A stretch of DNA of 63,311 nucleotides, the filler included, from Chthonomonadaceae bacterium (lineage in GTDB: Bacteria > Armatimonadota > Chthonomonadetes > Chthonomonadales > Chthonomonadaceae): the NCBI GenBank assembly GCA_035650735.1. It is 4 parts of 4 records of this genome, joined end to end, with 100 filler letters (N's around TTAATTAATTAA, not from the genome) between each part and the next. Parts side by side here need not be neighbours in the genome. Positions count along the whole stretch, not along the records: positions 1 to 21,311 come from DASRGZ010000130.1; 3 more parts are not named here. One strand, 5' to 3'. Below are positions 1 through 9,952 of this stretch, in pieces (position 1 is the stretch's first letter; every line of letters begins with the position of its first letter). Below the pieces are notes generated by a model that saw only the letters and a list, made by a program, of their open reading frames with translations, made no database searches and was not told where the DNA came from. The position numbers and the translations under genes were made by a program.

Positions 1-264
1 CTCTGGATGGGCGCGGTGGTCGGTCAGCCGGAGGGTCTTCCCATCGCCGGTTGTCTGGAGGAATAGGTCAAAGCGTCCCAGCGTACTGGTGTATTCGCTG
101 GCATCTACCTGCGCGCTGTAGACGATCAGGCCGGAGGGCACACTTGCTCCCTTGCTATTTGGGGGAGACTGGCGCTTTGGGGAGGGGACAGGAAGTCTCT
201 CCCAGGCTAGTAATCCCTGGGTAACAATAATGAGCAGCGCCAGCGCCAAATAGAAGCGTTGCAT
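1..264 (-). CDS. Secreted protein, N-terminal part only (possibly TolB-like); runs off the window start
   Basis: Manual translation MQRFYLALALLIIVTQGLLAWERLP...GLIVYSAQVD...FDLFLQTTGDGKTLRLTD; signal-peptide-like start, GGAGG RBS upstream. Confidence 0.55.
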   Translation of the reverse strand, partial: MQRFYLALALLIIVTQGLLAWERLPVPSPKRQSPPNSKGASVPSGLIVYSAQVDASEYTSTLGRFDLFLQTTGDGKTLRLTDHRAHPE

Positions 265-327
265 ACAAGCGCCTCCATCAGTTACAGGAATAAGGCAACA
301 ATGTCAGCATTCTTACGATGGAAAACA

Positions 328-369
328 AAAGGCTACTGGCCGCAGGGCTCTTCCCAGCCAGTAGCCTTT
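328..369 (-). terminator. Intrinsic terminator after the 378-2850 gene
   Basis: AAAGGCTACTGGC...GCCAGTAGCCTTT stem followed by a T-rich tail on the minus strand. Confidence 0.75.
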
Positions 370-377
370 CAGGTTTA

Positions 378-2850
378 TTAACGCCGGTCGATAATGATGT
401 TGATCTCCGCTGCGAATGGTGCAATTGTCGTCCAGCTAACTATGGCGTTATTGAGTGGGTTAGAACCGTTCTCGTTCGTGAAGCCAGCAAGCCAGTTGCC
501 CCAATTCCCATTTGCATCTCGCACCTGGCCTGCGTTCCACCCAACGAATTGGATAAACGAACCCGTTCGGGGATAGGTATTGGGAGCGGTCTGTGGTTGT
601 GCTATCGCATGTACTCGTTTTACACGTACTAGCTCACCGGCCATGGCCCGCGAAGCTACGCCCAGGGTCTTTTGAAAGAGATCCCCGTTGATGTCATTCC
701 CTGTAAATCTGATTAGAGAAACCGTATCTCGTGGGACAGCCGGGTCTCTAGTTCGCGCAAGGTAAGTTACCGTAATATCCTGATCGAAGCCATATCGCCT
801 TGTCCCGGGAGGGTTGTTGATAATGAAGCGTTCCCCCCTTTGAGTCGAAATGTAAGGGTTCCAACCCCTTTTTACTCCTTATGGCATCCTGAGACCATTG
901 TAATCCTGCATCGACTTCACGTGTTCCAGAGTGGCCCAAATATATATAGATACCATCGGGTACGCTCCTTTGTTGCCCCCTAACAATAATGTTCCTTGAG
1001 CCAATCTCTGCATCTGCTGCTGTTGGCACGTGAAAGTTTCCCATTACTCCGGTATACATAGCGACGGTTCTGACGCGTCGATATGGGCCACCTTCGAACT
1101 CTAAATTGGCTGGTGGGTTACCATGCTGATAAGCCATCAACTCACCGCTAGCCAGTTGGAAGGTACTCGACGCGCCATCCCACGTACCATCCGGCGGTAA
1201 AACTTGAAGTTGCCCATCCTCATAAATGCGCCCATCAGGCCCTGCTACTCGCAATTGTCCTAGATTAGCAGCATCTGGATCGTTTTGATAATGCGCTCGG
1301 ATTACGTTGAGGGCAACGCTCGGATCGGAGTTATCCCAAGGGATTCCATTGAGATCAGGAACCGTACTGTCTTCATTCGAAGGGCCGCTGGACACCCCAC
1401 TATACAGTGCTTTAACTGTATAATAGTACGTGACTCCATTTGCCAGCCCGGTATCGGTGAACATATAGGTATTGCCGCCAGAGTAGCTTGGTGTAATGAT
1501 CGGAGTCCCGTTTACAGGAGCAGCGTAATTTTCCCCGCCAGCAGTTGTACCACGGTAAACATTGTCGCCGGTAGCGTTAGGGACACCGTCCCAATAAAGG
1601 GAAATCTTGCCGCTGCCTGTCGAGTAGGCACTGAGATTAACGGGTGGGTTGCCTCCGCAGCTATGCAAGACGGTCACATTGCCTGCTGTATCCATCTTGT
1701 AGGCTGTCCCGTTGCCGAAGTTGCCTCCGTTGAAGGCCGTCGAGTAGAAGAAGCCATCGGTGCTATTATAGAGCAGTTCAGCATCCGGGTACTTGCCGTC
1801 GCTATTGTTGAAGGCGTGCAGGGACGTGACGTTGCCCGCTCCATCCACCTTGAAGATATTGCCAATGCCCGCTGCCCCGGCAAACAGCGTCACGCCGTAG
1901 TAGAAGGAACCGCTGGCGATCAACCCCACCGGAGGATTGGCCCCGTCTGTGCCCGTGAAGGAGTGCAGGCTGGTAAAGCTGCCGGTCGAGGTAAGGCTAA
2001 AGACCGTGCCCTTCCCACTGGCTCCGCCGTTCTGCGTGACCCCATACAAAGTAAGCGGGTTGCTGTTGACCTGGAGGAGCGCTCCGTTGGGACCGTCCCC
2101 GTCGGTGCCGGTGAAGGAGTGCAAGAGGGTGTAGGCGCCCGCTGTAGTGATCTGGAAGACGACCCCTTTGTTGTTGGCTCCGCCGCTATAGGTGCTACCG
2201 TAGAGCTTGCCATCGCTGGCTAAAAGCAGGGCTGCTGCCGGGTCGTTGCCATCAGCGCCGGTGAAGGAGTGGAGGACGGTGACGGTGTTGGTGGCCGGAT
2301 CGAACGCATAGACCACTCCCTTGCCGTTGGCTCCTCCCAGGCCGGTCATGCCATAGAAGAGGCTGCCGCTTTTGATCAGGGCCGAGCCGTGTTCGGGTTC
2401 CGAGCCATGGGTGACATCGAAGGAATAGAGCAGAGTGAAAGCGCCGGCAGAGGTGATTTTGTAGATGACGCCATGATTGTTGGCTCCGCCCCAGCGGGTG
2501 ACGCCGTAGAAGGTGCCAGGGTTGGCGCTGTCCTCGGTCAGAGCCGAGATGGGCTGGGAGCCATCGCCTCCATTGAAACTATACAACACGGTGACTGTGC
2601 CGGCGGTATCCATCTTGTAGACCGCGCCTAGGTTATAGCGCCCTCCGTTGTAGGTAGTGCCATAGAAGAGGCTACCGCTTTTGATCAGAGGAGAGGCCGG
2701 ATTGGCTCCATCTTGAGCGTGCGCTGGCAGGGCCGTTAAGCCCGCCAGGGCAAAAATTAAGGCTAGAACACGCGCGATAATCCAGGCCAGGCTTGCATTT
2801 TGCTCCGCTTGCCTGGCAATTACCAAAAACCGGCCAAGTACTCCCTTCAT
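378..2850 (-). CDS. Secreted Gloeo_Verruco (GloVer) repeat protein with FN3 domain and YrpD-like C-terminal domain; frameshift near 865-878
   Basis: Repeated LYG-T-xGG-xxx-G-V-(F/Y) / LHSF-x-G-x-DG units; FN3 (FTDTGLANGVTYYYTVKA); GPYRRV and VDAGLQW motifs. A frame change at AAAAAGGGG continues as GWNPYIST... open in frame to the 378-644 ORF (VKRVHAIAQ). Confidence 0.7.
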
Positions 2851-3227
2851 GGTCCTTTCTCCTTTGTGGGCAGGCGTGAAGCGGTAGCGGGGCTTCACGG
2901 GTCGAAGAGAGGCGAGACTGGCACTACTTCCGCTGGGTTAGAAACCTCTCCCCTCAGGCACGTTGCCGAGAGGGGAGAACCTCCCTAGCGGAAGAGGCTC
3001 TAAGGTCGCCTGGGTCGTCTTGCCCACCCTGTGACAGGGTAGGTAACTCAAGTTGCTACCTTGCCTCTTCGAGAAGGCAAACGGTGATGCAAAAGCCGGT
3101 TTCCAGAGCGATTCTCTCTCAAACGTGTTCCTAGGTAGCAACTTGGGTTAGGTATCAAAGGACTTACTGAGGGCTGTTCGGTTTAACTTTGGATAGAAGC
3201 GATGGTTAAGGTATCTTTGCTAGCTTG

Positions 3228-3256
3228 ATTGCAGGCCTGTTTGCCATTTATGTCAA
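3228..3256 (-). promoter_or_regulatory. Candidate sigma70 promoter for the GloVer-repeat gene
   Basis: Minus strand TTGACA-17 nt-TGCAAT. Confidence 0.4.
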
Positions 3257-3382
3257 GAGGTTTAGCAACAATATGGCGGTTATAGCGAAAAAGCGAACAA
3301 TATTTTGCCGAAGTTTGCATATCTGAGCGTAGCTTTGGACGCGGATTGCCCAAAGGCAGGCACTCTGGCGGCTCCCAAAGTA

Positions 3383-3427
3383 AAAAGACGGCGGCCCGAT
3401 GTTATGACCGATCAGGCTGCCGTCTTG
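3383..3427 (-). terminator. Intrinsic terminator after the aldolase/SDR gene
   Basis: AAGACGGCGGCC...GGCTGCCGTCTT stem, T-run on the minus strand. Confidence 0.65.
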
Positions 3428-3457
3428 CTTGCGGGGTATTGTGTGGAAAGAAGGCGC

Positions 3458-5524
3458 TCAGCGGGGGAAGGCTTCGCGCAGCCCGCCGTCAATGGGGATC
3501 ATGGCTCCGGTGGTCTTGGCGCTTTTGTCGCTGGCCAGCCACAGCGCCGCCTGGGCCACGTCCTCGGCGGTGACGGCCACCTTGAGCAGGTTGCTCTGCC
3601 GGATGCTCTCCTCGAACTGCTCGATAGGGATGCCCTTGGCGCGGGCACGCTCGGCCTTGAGCTCGGGCGTCCACAGGCCCGCTTCAAAAACGGCGTCGGG
3701 GTTGAGCAGGTTGCAGCGGATGCCGTACTGTCCGTTCTCGACGGCCAGGATGCGGGCCAATTGGGCCTCCGCCGCCTTGGCGCAGGAGTAGGCTCCGAAG
3801 TCGGCGCCGGGCGCGGGGACGTTCTTGGTGACGTTGAAGATAAGGCTGCCGCCCAACCCCTGCGCCCGCAGCATCCGCACGGCCTCGCGCGCCACCAGGA
3901 AGTGCCCCGTGGCGTTGACGGCCAGGCTCTTTTCCCAGGTCTCCAGCGATAGGTTCTCGATGCGGCCCGTCGGAGCGATGCCCGCGTTGGAGACCAGGAT
4001 ATCCAGCCCGCCAAAGGCCCGCGCCATCTCCGCAAAGCCGCGCTTCACCGCCGCCTCGCAGGTCACATCCATGCCAATGCCGAGGGCGCGTCCGCTGCCT
4101 TCCCGCCGGTTGATGGCGTCGGCAACGGACTGGCACGCCTTTTCGTTCAAATCGCAGATGACCACATGGGCGCCTTCCGCCGCAAACCGCTCCGCTATCG
4201 CCTTGCCGATGCCGCTGGCCGCGCCCGTGACCAGTGCGATGCGCCGAGCCAGCTCCTTCTCCGGCGGGAGCAGCGTCAACTTGTAGAGCTCCAGGCCCCA
4301 GTATTCGGCGGAGAAGGCGTCGGCCTCGTCGAGCGTCTTGTAGGCCGAGACCGCCTCCGCGTCGCCGAGGATACGGACGGTATGGCGATAGATGTCGGCG
4401 GGAACGAGCGCGGTCTTGCTGTCCTTGCCGCAGGTCCACATTCCCAGGCCGGGCATAAGGACGACGCGCGGCGTTGGGTCGAGCATAGGTTCGGCGGCGT
4501 TGGCAGGGTCGTGATGACGGTGATAGTAGGCGGCGTAGTCCTCGCGCCACTGCGCGGCGGCCTCATGGATGCGCTGCGCGACATGATCCCTATCTTCAGG
4601 CCGCTCGAGAGGCACGAACAGCGGCAGAACCTTCGTGCTGAGGATATGGTCGGGCGTGGCCGCGCCGATCTGGGAGACGCGCGCTGCCGCCTCCGAGCCG
4701 ACGAACTCCAGCACCTCCGGCGAGTCGTCGTAGCACAAGATCATGCGCTTGGGCGCGCTGACGGCTCCGCGCAGGATAGGAGCGATGGCAGCGGCAGCCT
4801 CACGGCGGCACTCCTCCGGCAATGCGGCCACTTTCACGCCGCCAAACACGGCCCGTCCCCGACGCCGCTCCGCCAGGTAGCTCTCCGCCTCGGTCGTCAA
4901 GGCGATATGGGCGTCATAGGCGGCGCGGCAGGTATCGCCCCAGGTGATCAGCCCGTGGTTCATCAGGATCAGGCCCTCGGCCTGCGGCTGCGCCTGGACC
5001 GCCTCCCCGACCTCTTTGGAGAGCAGAAAGCCGGGCCGACGGTAAGGAATCTGGATCACGCGGCTGCCGAAGACCTCCCGCACCGCCTCCGACCCGCGCG
5101 TGTTGTTGGAGAGGGCGACGATGGCGTCCGCGTGGCTGTGGGCGACGGCGGCGGCGGGCAGGAAGGCGTGCAGCAGCGTCTCAATGGAAGGGCGCGGATC
5201 GGCCGGGGACATCAGCGTATGGGCGAGGTAAGCGACCATCTCCTCATCGCTCATATCCTCGCGTTCCCTCAACGGCAGCACGTCCTCCATGCGCACGCCG
5301 CTGAAGTGCTTGCGCTCTATGGTCTTAAGGTCGGAGCCGCTGCCCTTGACGCGCAGGATGTAGGTATCGCGCCCGCGAAAATCTGGCTCCCAGACTTTGA
5401 GCGAGGTGTTCCCGCCGCCCCAGACCACCAGATCGGTCTCCGCTCCGATCAGGCGCGACATGTAGATAAGCTGCTCTATCGGGGACAGACACCCCGCTTC
5501 CGCCTCGTTCCACCGGTTCTGCAT
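3458..5524 (-). CDS. Bifunctional rhamnulose-1-phosphate aldolase / short-chain dehydrogenase (RhaD/RhaEW type)
   Basis: GGGNTS, KGSGSDL, PSIETLLH, HSHAD class II aldolase motifs; C-terminal SDR with TGAASGIG, NAG, YxxxK. Confidence 0.9.
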   Translation of the reverse strand: MQNRWNEAEAGCLSPIEQLIYMSRLIGAETDLVVWGGGNTSLKVWEPDFRGRDTYILRVKGSGSDLKTIERKHFSGVRMEDVLPLREREDMSDEEMVAYLAHTLMSPADPRPSIETLLHAFLPAAAVAHSHADAIVALSNNTRGSEAVREVFGSRVIQIPYRRPGFLLSKEVGEAVQAQPQAEGLILMNHGLITWGDTCRAAYDAHIALTTEAESYLAERRRGRAVFGGVKVAALPEECRREAAAAIAPILRGAVSAPKRMILCYDDSPEVLEFVGSEAAARVSQIGAATPDHILSTKVLPLFVPLERPEDRDHVAQRIHEAAAQWREDYAAYYHRHHDPANAAEPMLDPTPRVVLMPGLGMWTCGKDSKTALVPADIYRHTVRILGDAEAVSAYKTLDEADAFSAEYWGLELYKLTLLPPEKELARRIALVTGAASGIGKAIAERFAAEGAHVVICDLNEKACQSVADAINRREGSGRALGIGMDVTCEAAVKRGFAEMARAFGGLDILVSNAGIAPTGRIENLSLETWEKSLAVNATGHFLVAREAVRMLRAQGLGGSLIFNVTKNVPAPGADFGAYSCAKAAEAQLARILAVENGQYGIRCNLLNPDAVFEAGLWTPELKAERARAKGIPIEQFEESIRQSNLLKVAVTAEDVAQAALWLASDKSAKTTGAMIPIDGGLREAFPR

Positions 5525-5688
5525 GACTACTCCCTATATGCTTCCGCACAACAAGATGGCGCTATTATCGGCGCATGGGCCTACTTTGTCTCAGAAGCAT
5601 AAAACGTGCCAACATTCTCTTTTTTGCCCTGGTATACAGGCGCGTACTGCTAATCGGCATGCGTGCAGAACAGGCGGGACGTGAGAAG

Positions 5689-8600
5689 CTACTTTATCGG
5701 GGCGGCGGTCCAGAGTTTGGCGGTGGCGTCGTCGCTGCCTGTCGCCAGGGTGCGACCATCCGCAGAGAATACGAGGCAATGGACGGCCCGGCTGTGCCCT
5801 CTGAGGAGCGCGACTTCCTGCTTGACGGCGGTGCTCCACAATTTCACCACGCTGTCCCGACCGCCCGTTGCCAGCGTCTTCCCGTCGGGGCTAAACGCGA
5901 CAGCGAACACGCCGCCTGCGTGCGCGATAAAACGGAAGGAAATCGGCCTGGCGGCCAGCGTCCATAGCTGGACCGTGCCATCCCCGCTGCCGGTCGCCAG
6001 CAACCGACCATCGTGAGAGAATGCCACGCAAGTCGCCTCGCGGTTATGCCCGGTAAGCGTAGCGAGTACCCGCTTCGTGGCAAGGCTCCATAGCTTGACC
6101 GTGCCGTCGCTGCTCACAGTCGCTAAGACGGTGCCATCGGGCGAAAAGGCCACCGCGTTGACCGGCCCCGAATGTCCTTTGAGGCTGGCCGTTTGCCTGC
6201 GCGTCGCAACATTCCAGAGCTTTAGGACGCCATCCCAACTTCCGGAGGCCAGCCGCTTGCCATCCGGTGCAAAGGCCACCGAGTAAACCCAGGCCGAATG
6301 CCCTGAGAGCGTGGCGATCTCCCGGCGGGCGGCAACGCTCCACAGCTTGATGGTGTTGTCATGACTGCCTGTTGCCAGGATCTTGCCATCAGGAGCAAAG
6401 GCGACCGCATTAACAAAGTCCTGATGACCATTTAAGACGCCAACTTCCCGCCCGGTAACGGTGCTCCAAAGCCGAACGGTATGATCCTGGCTGCCTGTCG
6501 CCAGCAGCTTGCCGTCGGGGGAGAGGGCCACGGACGTTACCGGCTGGGCATGTCCTTTCAGCGTGACGGTTCCCGATTCGCCGACACGCCACAGCTTCAT
6601 CGTGCCATCCCAGCTGCCGGAGGCCAGCCGTTTGCCATCCGGGGAGAAGGCAACGCTCACCACCGAGCCTGTATGTCCCTTGAAGGTCGCCAATTCCTGC
6701 TGGGTGGCCGGGTTCCACAATCTTACGGTGGTGTCCTCGCTGCCTGTCGCCAGGATTTTTCCGTCAGGAGAGTACACGATGGAGTAAATGGAGCTCCTAT
6801 GCCCGCGCAGCGTGCCGACCTCCTGGAAGGTATTCAAGCTCCATAGTTTCACCGTGCTATCCTGGCTCCCAGAAGCCAGGGTCTTGCCATCGGGAGAGAA
6901 CCGGAGGGCGTCCACTTCATACCGGTGTCCCCTAAGGGTGGCGATCTCCACAGCGTCGGCAGACAGCAGTTTCACTATGGTATGTCCCTTAAGTGTGGCA
7001 ATCTCCTGGTGTGTGGCGACATTCAGCAGTTTGACCGTGCCGTCAAAACAGCCGAAGGCCAGCGTCTTACCGTCCGGGGAGAAGGTGACGACATCCACTT
7101 CGCGGCTGTATCCACGATGGCTCCAGAGCTGCTTGAGGGGAGAGAGGCTCCAGATTTGAACAGCGCCATCCCAACTGCCCGTAGCCAGCAGCTTGCCATC
7201 CGGGGAGAACGCCACGGAAAAGACCCAGCCGGAGAATTCCGGGAGCGTGGCGATCTCCCGGTGGGTAGGTACATCCCACAGCTTGACCGTGCTATCCTTA
7301 CTTCCCGTCGCCAGGATTTTGCCGTCGGGAGAAAGGGCCAGGCAATAGATTCCGCTCTTGTGGCTGGTCCGCAGCGTGGTCGCCTGTTTGGAAACGAGGT
7401 TCCAGAATCGAAGGCTGCCGTCCATGCTGCCGGTCACCAGGGTTTTGCCATCGGGAAAGAAGGCGACGGCATGGATGCCCTCAGTATGGCCTTGCGGTGA
7501 GAATAGGTCTTGATGCTTGTCGAGGTAGACAGGGTCAGGCTGCCACAGGCGCCTGTCCTGCGCATGGCCTTGAAATGTGAACAGGTCTTGATGGCACAGC
7601 CGATAGAGATAGCCCCACTCGAAGCCGCGCACGTCTTCCTGCCCGCGAGCCGGTTTTTGCGCTGCCAGCAATTCCTGCACGCGCTCGATATTGTTGGCTT
7701 CCCATGCCTGCTGGGCCAGGTTCATCTGCGCGGCATATTGTTCATGGCGCGCGATCCGCTCTCCCTGCTGGGCGCGGCGGCGCTCCCGCTTTTCCCCTGC
7801 CGCCGCGATGCGCGCCTGCTCTGCTGCCTCGCGCTCCAGGAGGGCGGCTCTGCGCGCGGCCTGGGCATTCTTTTTGGCTTCAGCACTGCTGCGTTGCGCC
7901 GAGCCCGCGCTCATCAGAGCCCTGAACTCTGCCAGCCGGGCTATACGCATCACCGAGCGGGCTTTGTCTCGCTGCTGTTCCGCATCGGCTTTGGCCTGCT
8001 GGGCTTCCTCGGCTTTGCGCGCCGCCAGGTGCGCTGCCTGCGTCTCTGCCAGCCTGGCTTGATTGGCCAGAGCCAGCGCGCGCTCTTTGGCTCTGGCCTG
8101 GAGGAAGCTGCTCAGCGCCAGGCTGCCGATAATAAGAAGGATCACGCCGGAGACGGCAATCGCGCGCAGCAGACCTTTACGGTAGGCGGCACGCTGGCGT
8201 GCCCGCTCCGCATCGGGCATGCTGGAGGCGACCCACTCCCGGTCGAAGACCCGGAAATAGATGCGGTTGCGCACCGCCAGGGCGCCCTGAGCCACCCGGA
8301 TGATCCCCGACAGGCGCAGCAGGCTGATCAGGGGATTGGTTTCATCATCCTTGATATGCTTGCCGCTGCGTACCTTGTCGTAGAGATCCAGCAGACTCGC
8401 CAGATCGGCTTCGCTTCTCAGCAGGCGTTCGCGCACGAACAGGAGGTTGTCGTCCCGTTCGCGCGCCCGCGCGGAGAGGAAGAGCTCGGCGCATAGCCTG
8501 TCTACGTCCGCAGGCGTGTTGGCGTGGGCGTCTTCGGCGACGGCCTGGCAGAGCCGCTGAGTCAGGTAAGGATGCCCGCCCGTCCAGTAAAGGATGCGTT

Positions 8601-9372
8601 GCAGGAGAGCCTGCCCCTTCGCCGATTCCCTCTGGGAGGAGGCCGGGGAACCATCCACTCTCTCCTGCTGTGATAGGAGGGTAGGAGAGGAGCTTAAGCC
8701 TGCGGCCAGCGGCGCCGCTTCGGCCTCCGTGAAGTCGTTAAGCTCGATACGCTTGCCGATGTTAAAGGGCGTGGTGCGGGTGTCCCGGATCAAATCCGAT
8801 GGGGAGGCCACTCCCAGCAGGCAGAAAGTCAGCCGGTGCATCTCCGGGTCTTCGGTGCGGCGGTTGTAGCATTCCCGAATGCCCGCGAAGAACTCATCCG
8901 TGGAGAAGGGAAGAGAGCGGACGGCGTCTATCTCGTCCACAAAGAGCACGATCCGGCCCGGCACGCGCGCCAGCACGACCTCCCGGAGAGCGCGCATCCA
9001 GCGCTGCAAGGGGCCGACCCGCTCATTCTCCAGCCAGAAGTCCTCCAGTTCGTCTTCCAGGTGCAAATCCTGCCCGACCTGGCTGAGCAGCCCGTCGTAC
9101 CACTGCTCAGGCGTCAGGTTCTGGCCGATGGCGGTCAGGTCGAGAATGGCAACGGCGATGCCCTCCTCGCGCAGCCGGACAGCGGTGCGGATCATCAGGG
9201 AGGACTTGCCCATCTGGCGGGAGGTGAGCACATAACAGAACTGGCCCTGGCGCAAGCCTTCCAGCAGGTCGGTATCGGCTTTACGAAGGACATAGGAGGG
9301 GGCGTCGCGGTGCAGCGTGCCCCCCGCCACGTAGAAGGAGGAGGCAGGGAGCGCGGCAACATGGTGAGCCAT
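5689..9372 (-). CDS. AAA-like (STAND-type) ATPase with TM helix, coiled coil and about 14 WD40 repeats
   Basis: Variant Walker A SRQMGKSS, Walker B LFVDEID, WTGGHPYLTQ; repeated GH...VAFSPDGK.LATGS.D.TVKLW; start set at ATG 9372 with RBS. Confidence 0.9.
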   Translation of the reverse strand: MAHHVAALPASSFYVAGGTLHRDAPSYVLRKADTDLLEGLRQGQFCYVLTSRQMGKSSLMIRTAVRLREEGIAVAILDLTAIGQNLTPEQWYDGLLSQVGQDLHLEDELEDFWLENERVGPLQRWMRALREVVLARVPGRIVLFVDEIDAVRSLPFSTDEFFAGIRECYNRRTEDPEMHRLTFCLLGVASPSDLIRDTRTTPFNIGKRIELNDFTEAEAAPLAAGLSSSPTLLSQQERVDGSPASSQRESAKGQALLQRILYWTGGHPYLTQRLCQAVAEDAHANTPADVDRLCAELFLSARARERDDNLLFVRERLLRSEADLASLLDLYDKVRSGKHIKDDETNPLISLLRLSGIIRVAQGALAVRNRIYFRVFDREWVASSMPDAERARQRAAYRKGLLRAIAVSGVILLIIGSLALSSFLQARAKERALALANQARLAETQAAHLAARKAEEAQQAKADAEQQRDKARSVMRIARLAEFRALMSAGSAQRSSAEAKKNAQAARRAALLEREAAEQARIAAAGEKRERRRAQQGERIARHEQYAAQMNLAQQAWEANNIERVQELLAAQKPARGQEDVRGFEWGYLYRLCHQDLFTFQGHAQDRRLWQPDPVYLDKHQDLFSPQGHTEGIHAVAFFPDGKTLVTGSMDGSLRFWNLVSKQATTLRTSHKSGIYCLALSPDGKILATGSKDSTVKLWDVPTHREIATLPEFSGWVFSVAFSPDGKLLATGSWDGAVQIWSLSPLKQLWSHRGYSREVDVVTFSPDGKTLAFGCFDGTVKLLNVATHQEIATLKGHTIVKLLSADAVEIATLRGHRYEVDALRFSPDGKTLASGSQDSTVKLWSLNTFQEVGTLRGHRSSIYSIVYSPDGKILATGSEDTTVRLWNPATQQELATFKGHTGSVVSVAFSPDGKRLASGSWDGTMKLWRVGESGTVTLKGHAQPVTSVALSPDGKLLATGSQDHTVRLWSTVTGREVGVLNGHQDFVNAVAFAPDGKILATGSHDNTIKLWSVAARREIATLSGHSAWVYSVAFAPDGKRLASGSWDGVLKLWNVATRRQTASLKGHSGPVNAVAFSPDGTVLATVSSDGTVKLWSLATKRVLATLTGHNREATCVAFSHDGRLLATGSGDGTVQLWTLAARPISFRFIAHAGGVFAVAFSPDGKTLATGGRDSVVKLWSTAVKQEVALLRGHSRAVHCLVFSADGRTLATGSDDATAKLWTAAPIK

Positions 9373-9550
9373 CGCAGAGTCTCCACAGCGGTTCAATTTC
9401 TCCGGTGAGACTCTACTATAACACGTATTGCATTAATGCGCAATTCCAATTTCACAGCCAGGATGTGATGCGCAGCACAATTTGAGCGGGCCGGAGAGAC
9501 ATTCCCGGCCCGCATGGTCTGCCGGAAGATTAAGGTCAGAAGACCGCTTC

Positions 9551-9952
9551 TTATTTGCCCTTATCTATGAACACTCTCAGAGGAGCGCCATCTCGCCCCT
9601 TCAATTCCAGGACGCCGGTCTTGACCTTATCGGTGTCGGGAATGTGGAGTTCGGTCTTTCCATCGGCTCGATGGACGTAGGTGCCCACCGGTTGGCCGTT
9701 TTGATACAGGGTGCCCTGCAGCAGTTGGTAGATTGCCGCGCTGACCGTTCCTAGTGCCATTAGCGAGAGAACCAACCAGAGGGCCAGCGTGACTGTGTGT
9801 TTCATCCGTTGCTCCTTTCTGCTTGCTAACGCGAGGCGGCGTTCGTGGTCGCGCCTCAGAGAAGCCAGGCGTTCCTCAAGCGCTTCTGTTGGTTCGCCTG
9901 TTATCTGGAAGGCTGTCGCGATCAGCGCATCCATTTGTTGATCCGCGTTCAT
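9551..9952 (-). CDS. Putative anti-sigma factor (single TM)
   Basis: Overlaps the ECF sigma stop by ATGA; short cytoplasmic N-terminus, one hydrophobic helix. Confidence 0.55.
   Translation of the reverse strand: MNADQQMDALIATAFQITGEPTEALEERLASLRRDHERRLALASRKEQRMKHTVTLALWLVLSLMALGTVSAAIYQLLQGTLYQNGQPVGTYVHRADGKTELHIPDTDKVKTGVLELKGRDGAPLRVFIDKGK

Noticed and set aside
3074..3102. GGCAAAC...GCAAAAGCC resembling a c-di-GMP-I riboswitch
   Set aside because: It is on the wrong strand for the downstream gene and lacks the GNRA-capped P2 stem.
6925..7005. EIATL(K/R)GH duplication in the WD40 region as a spacer scar
   Set aside because: The intervening sequence (VKLL) matches the neighbouring blade, so it is a partial tandem duplication.
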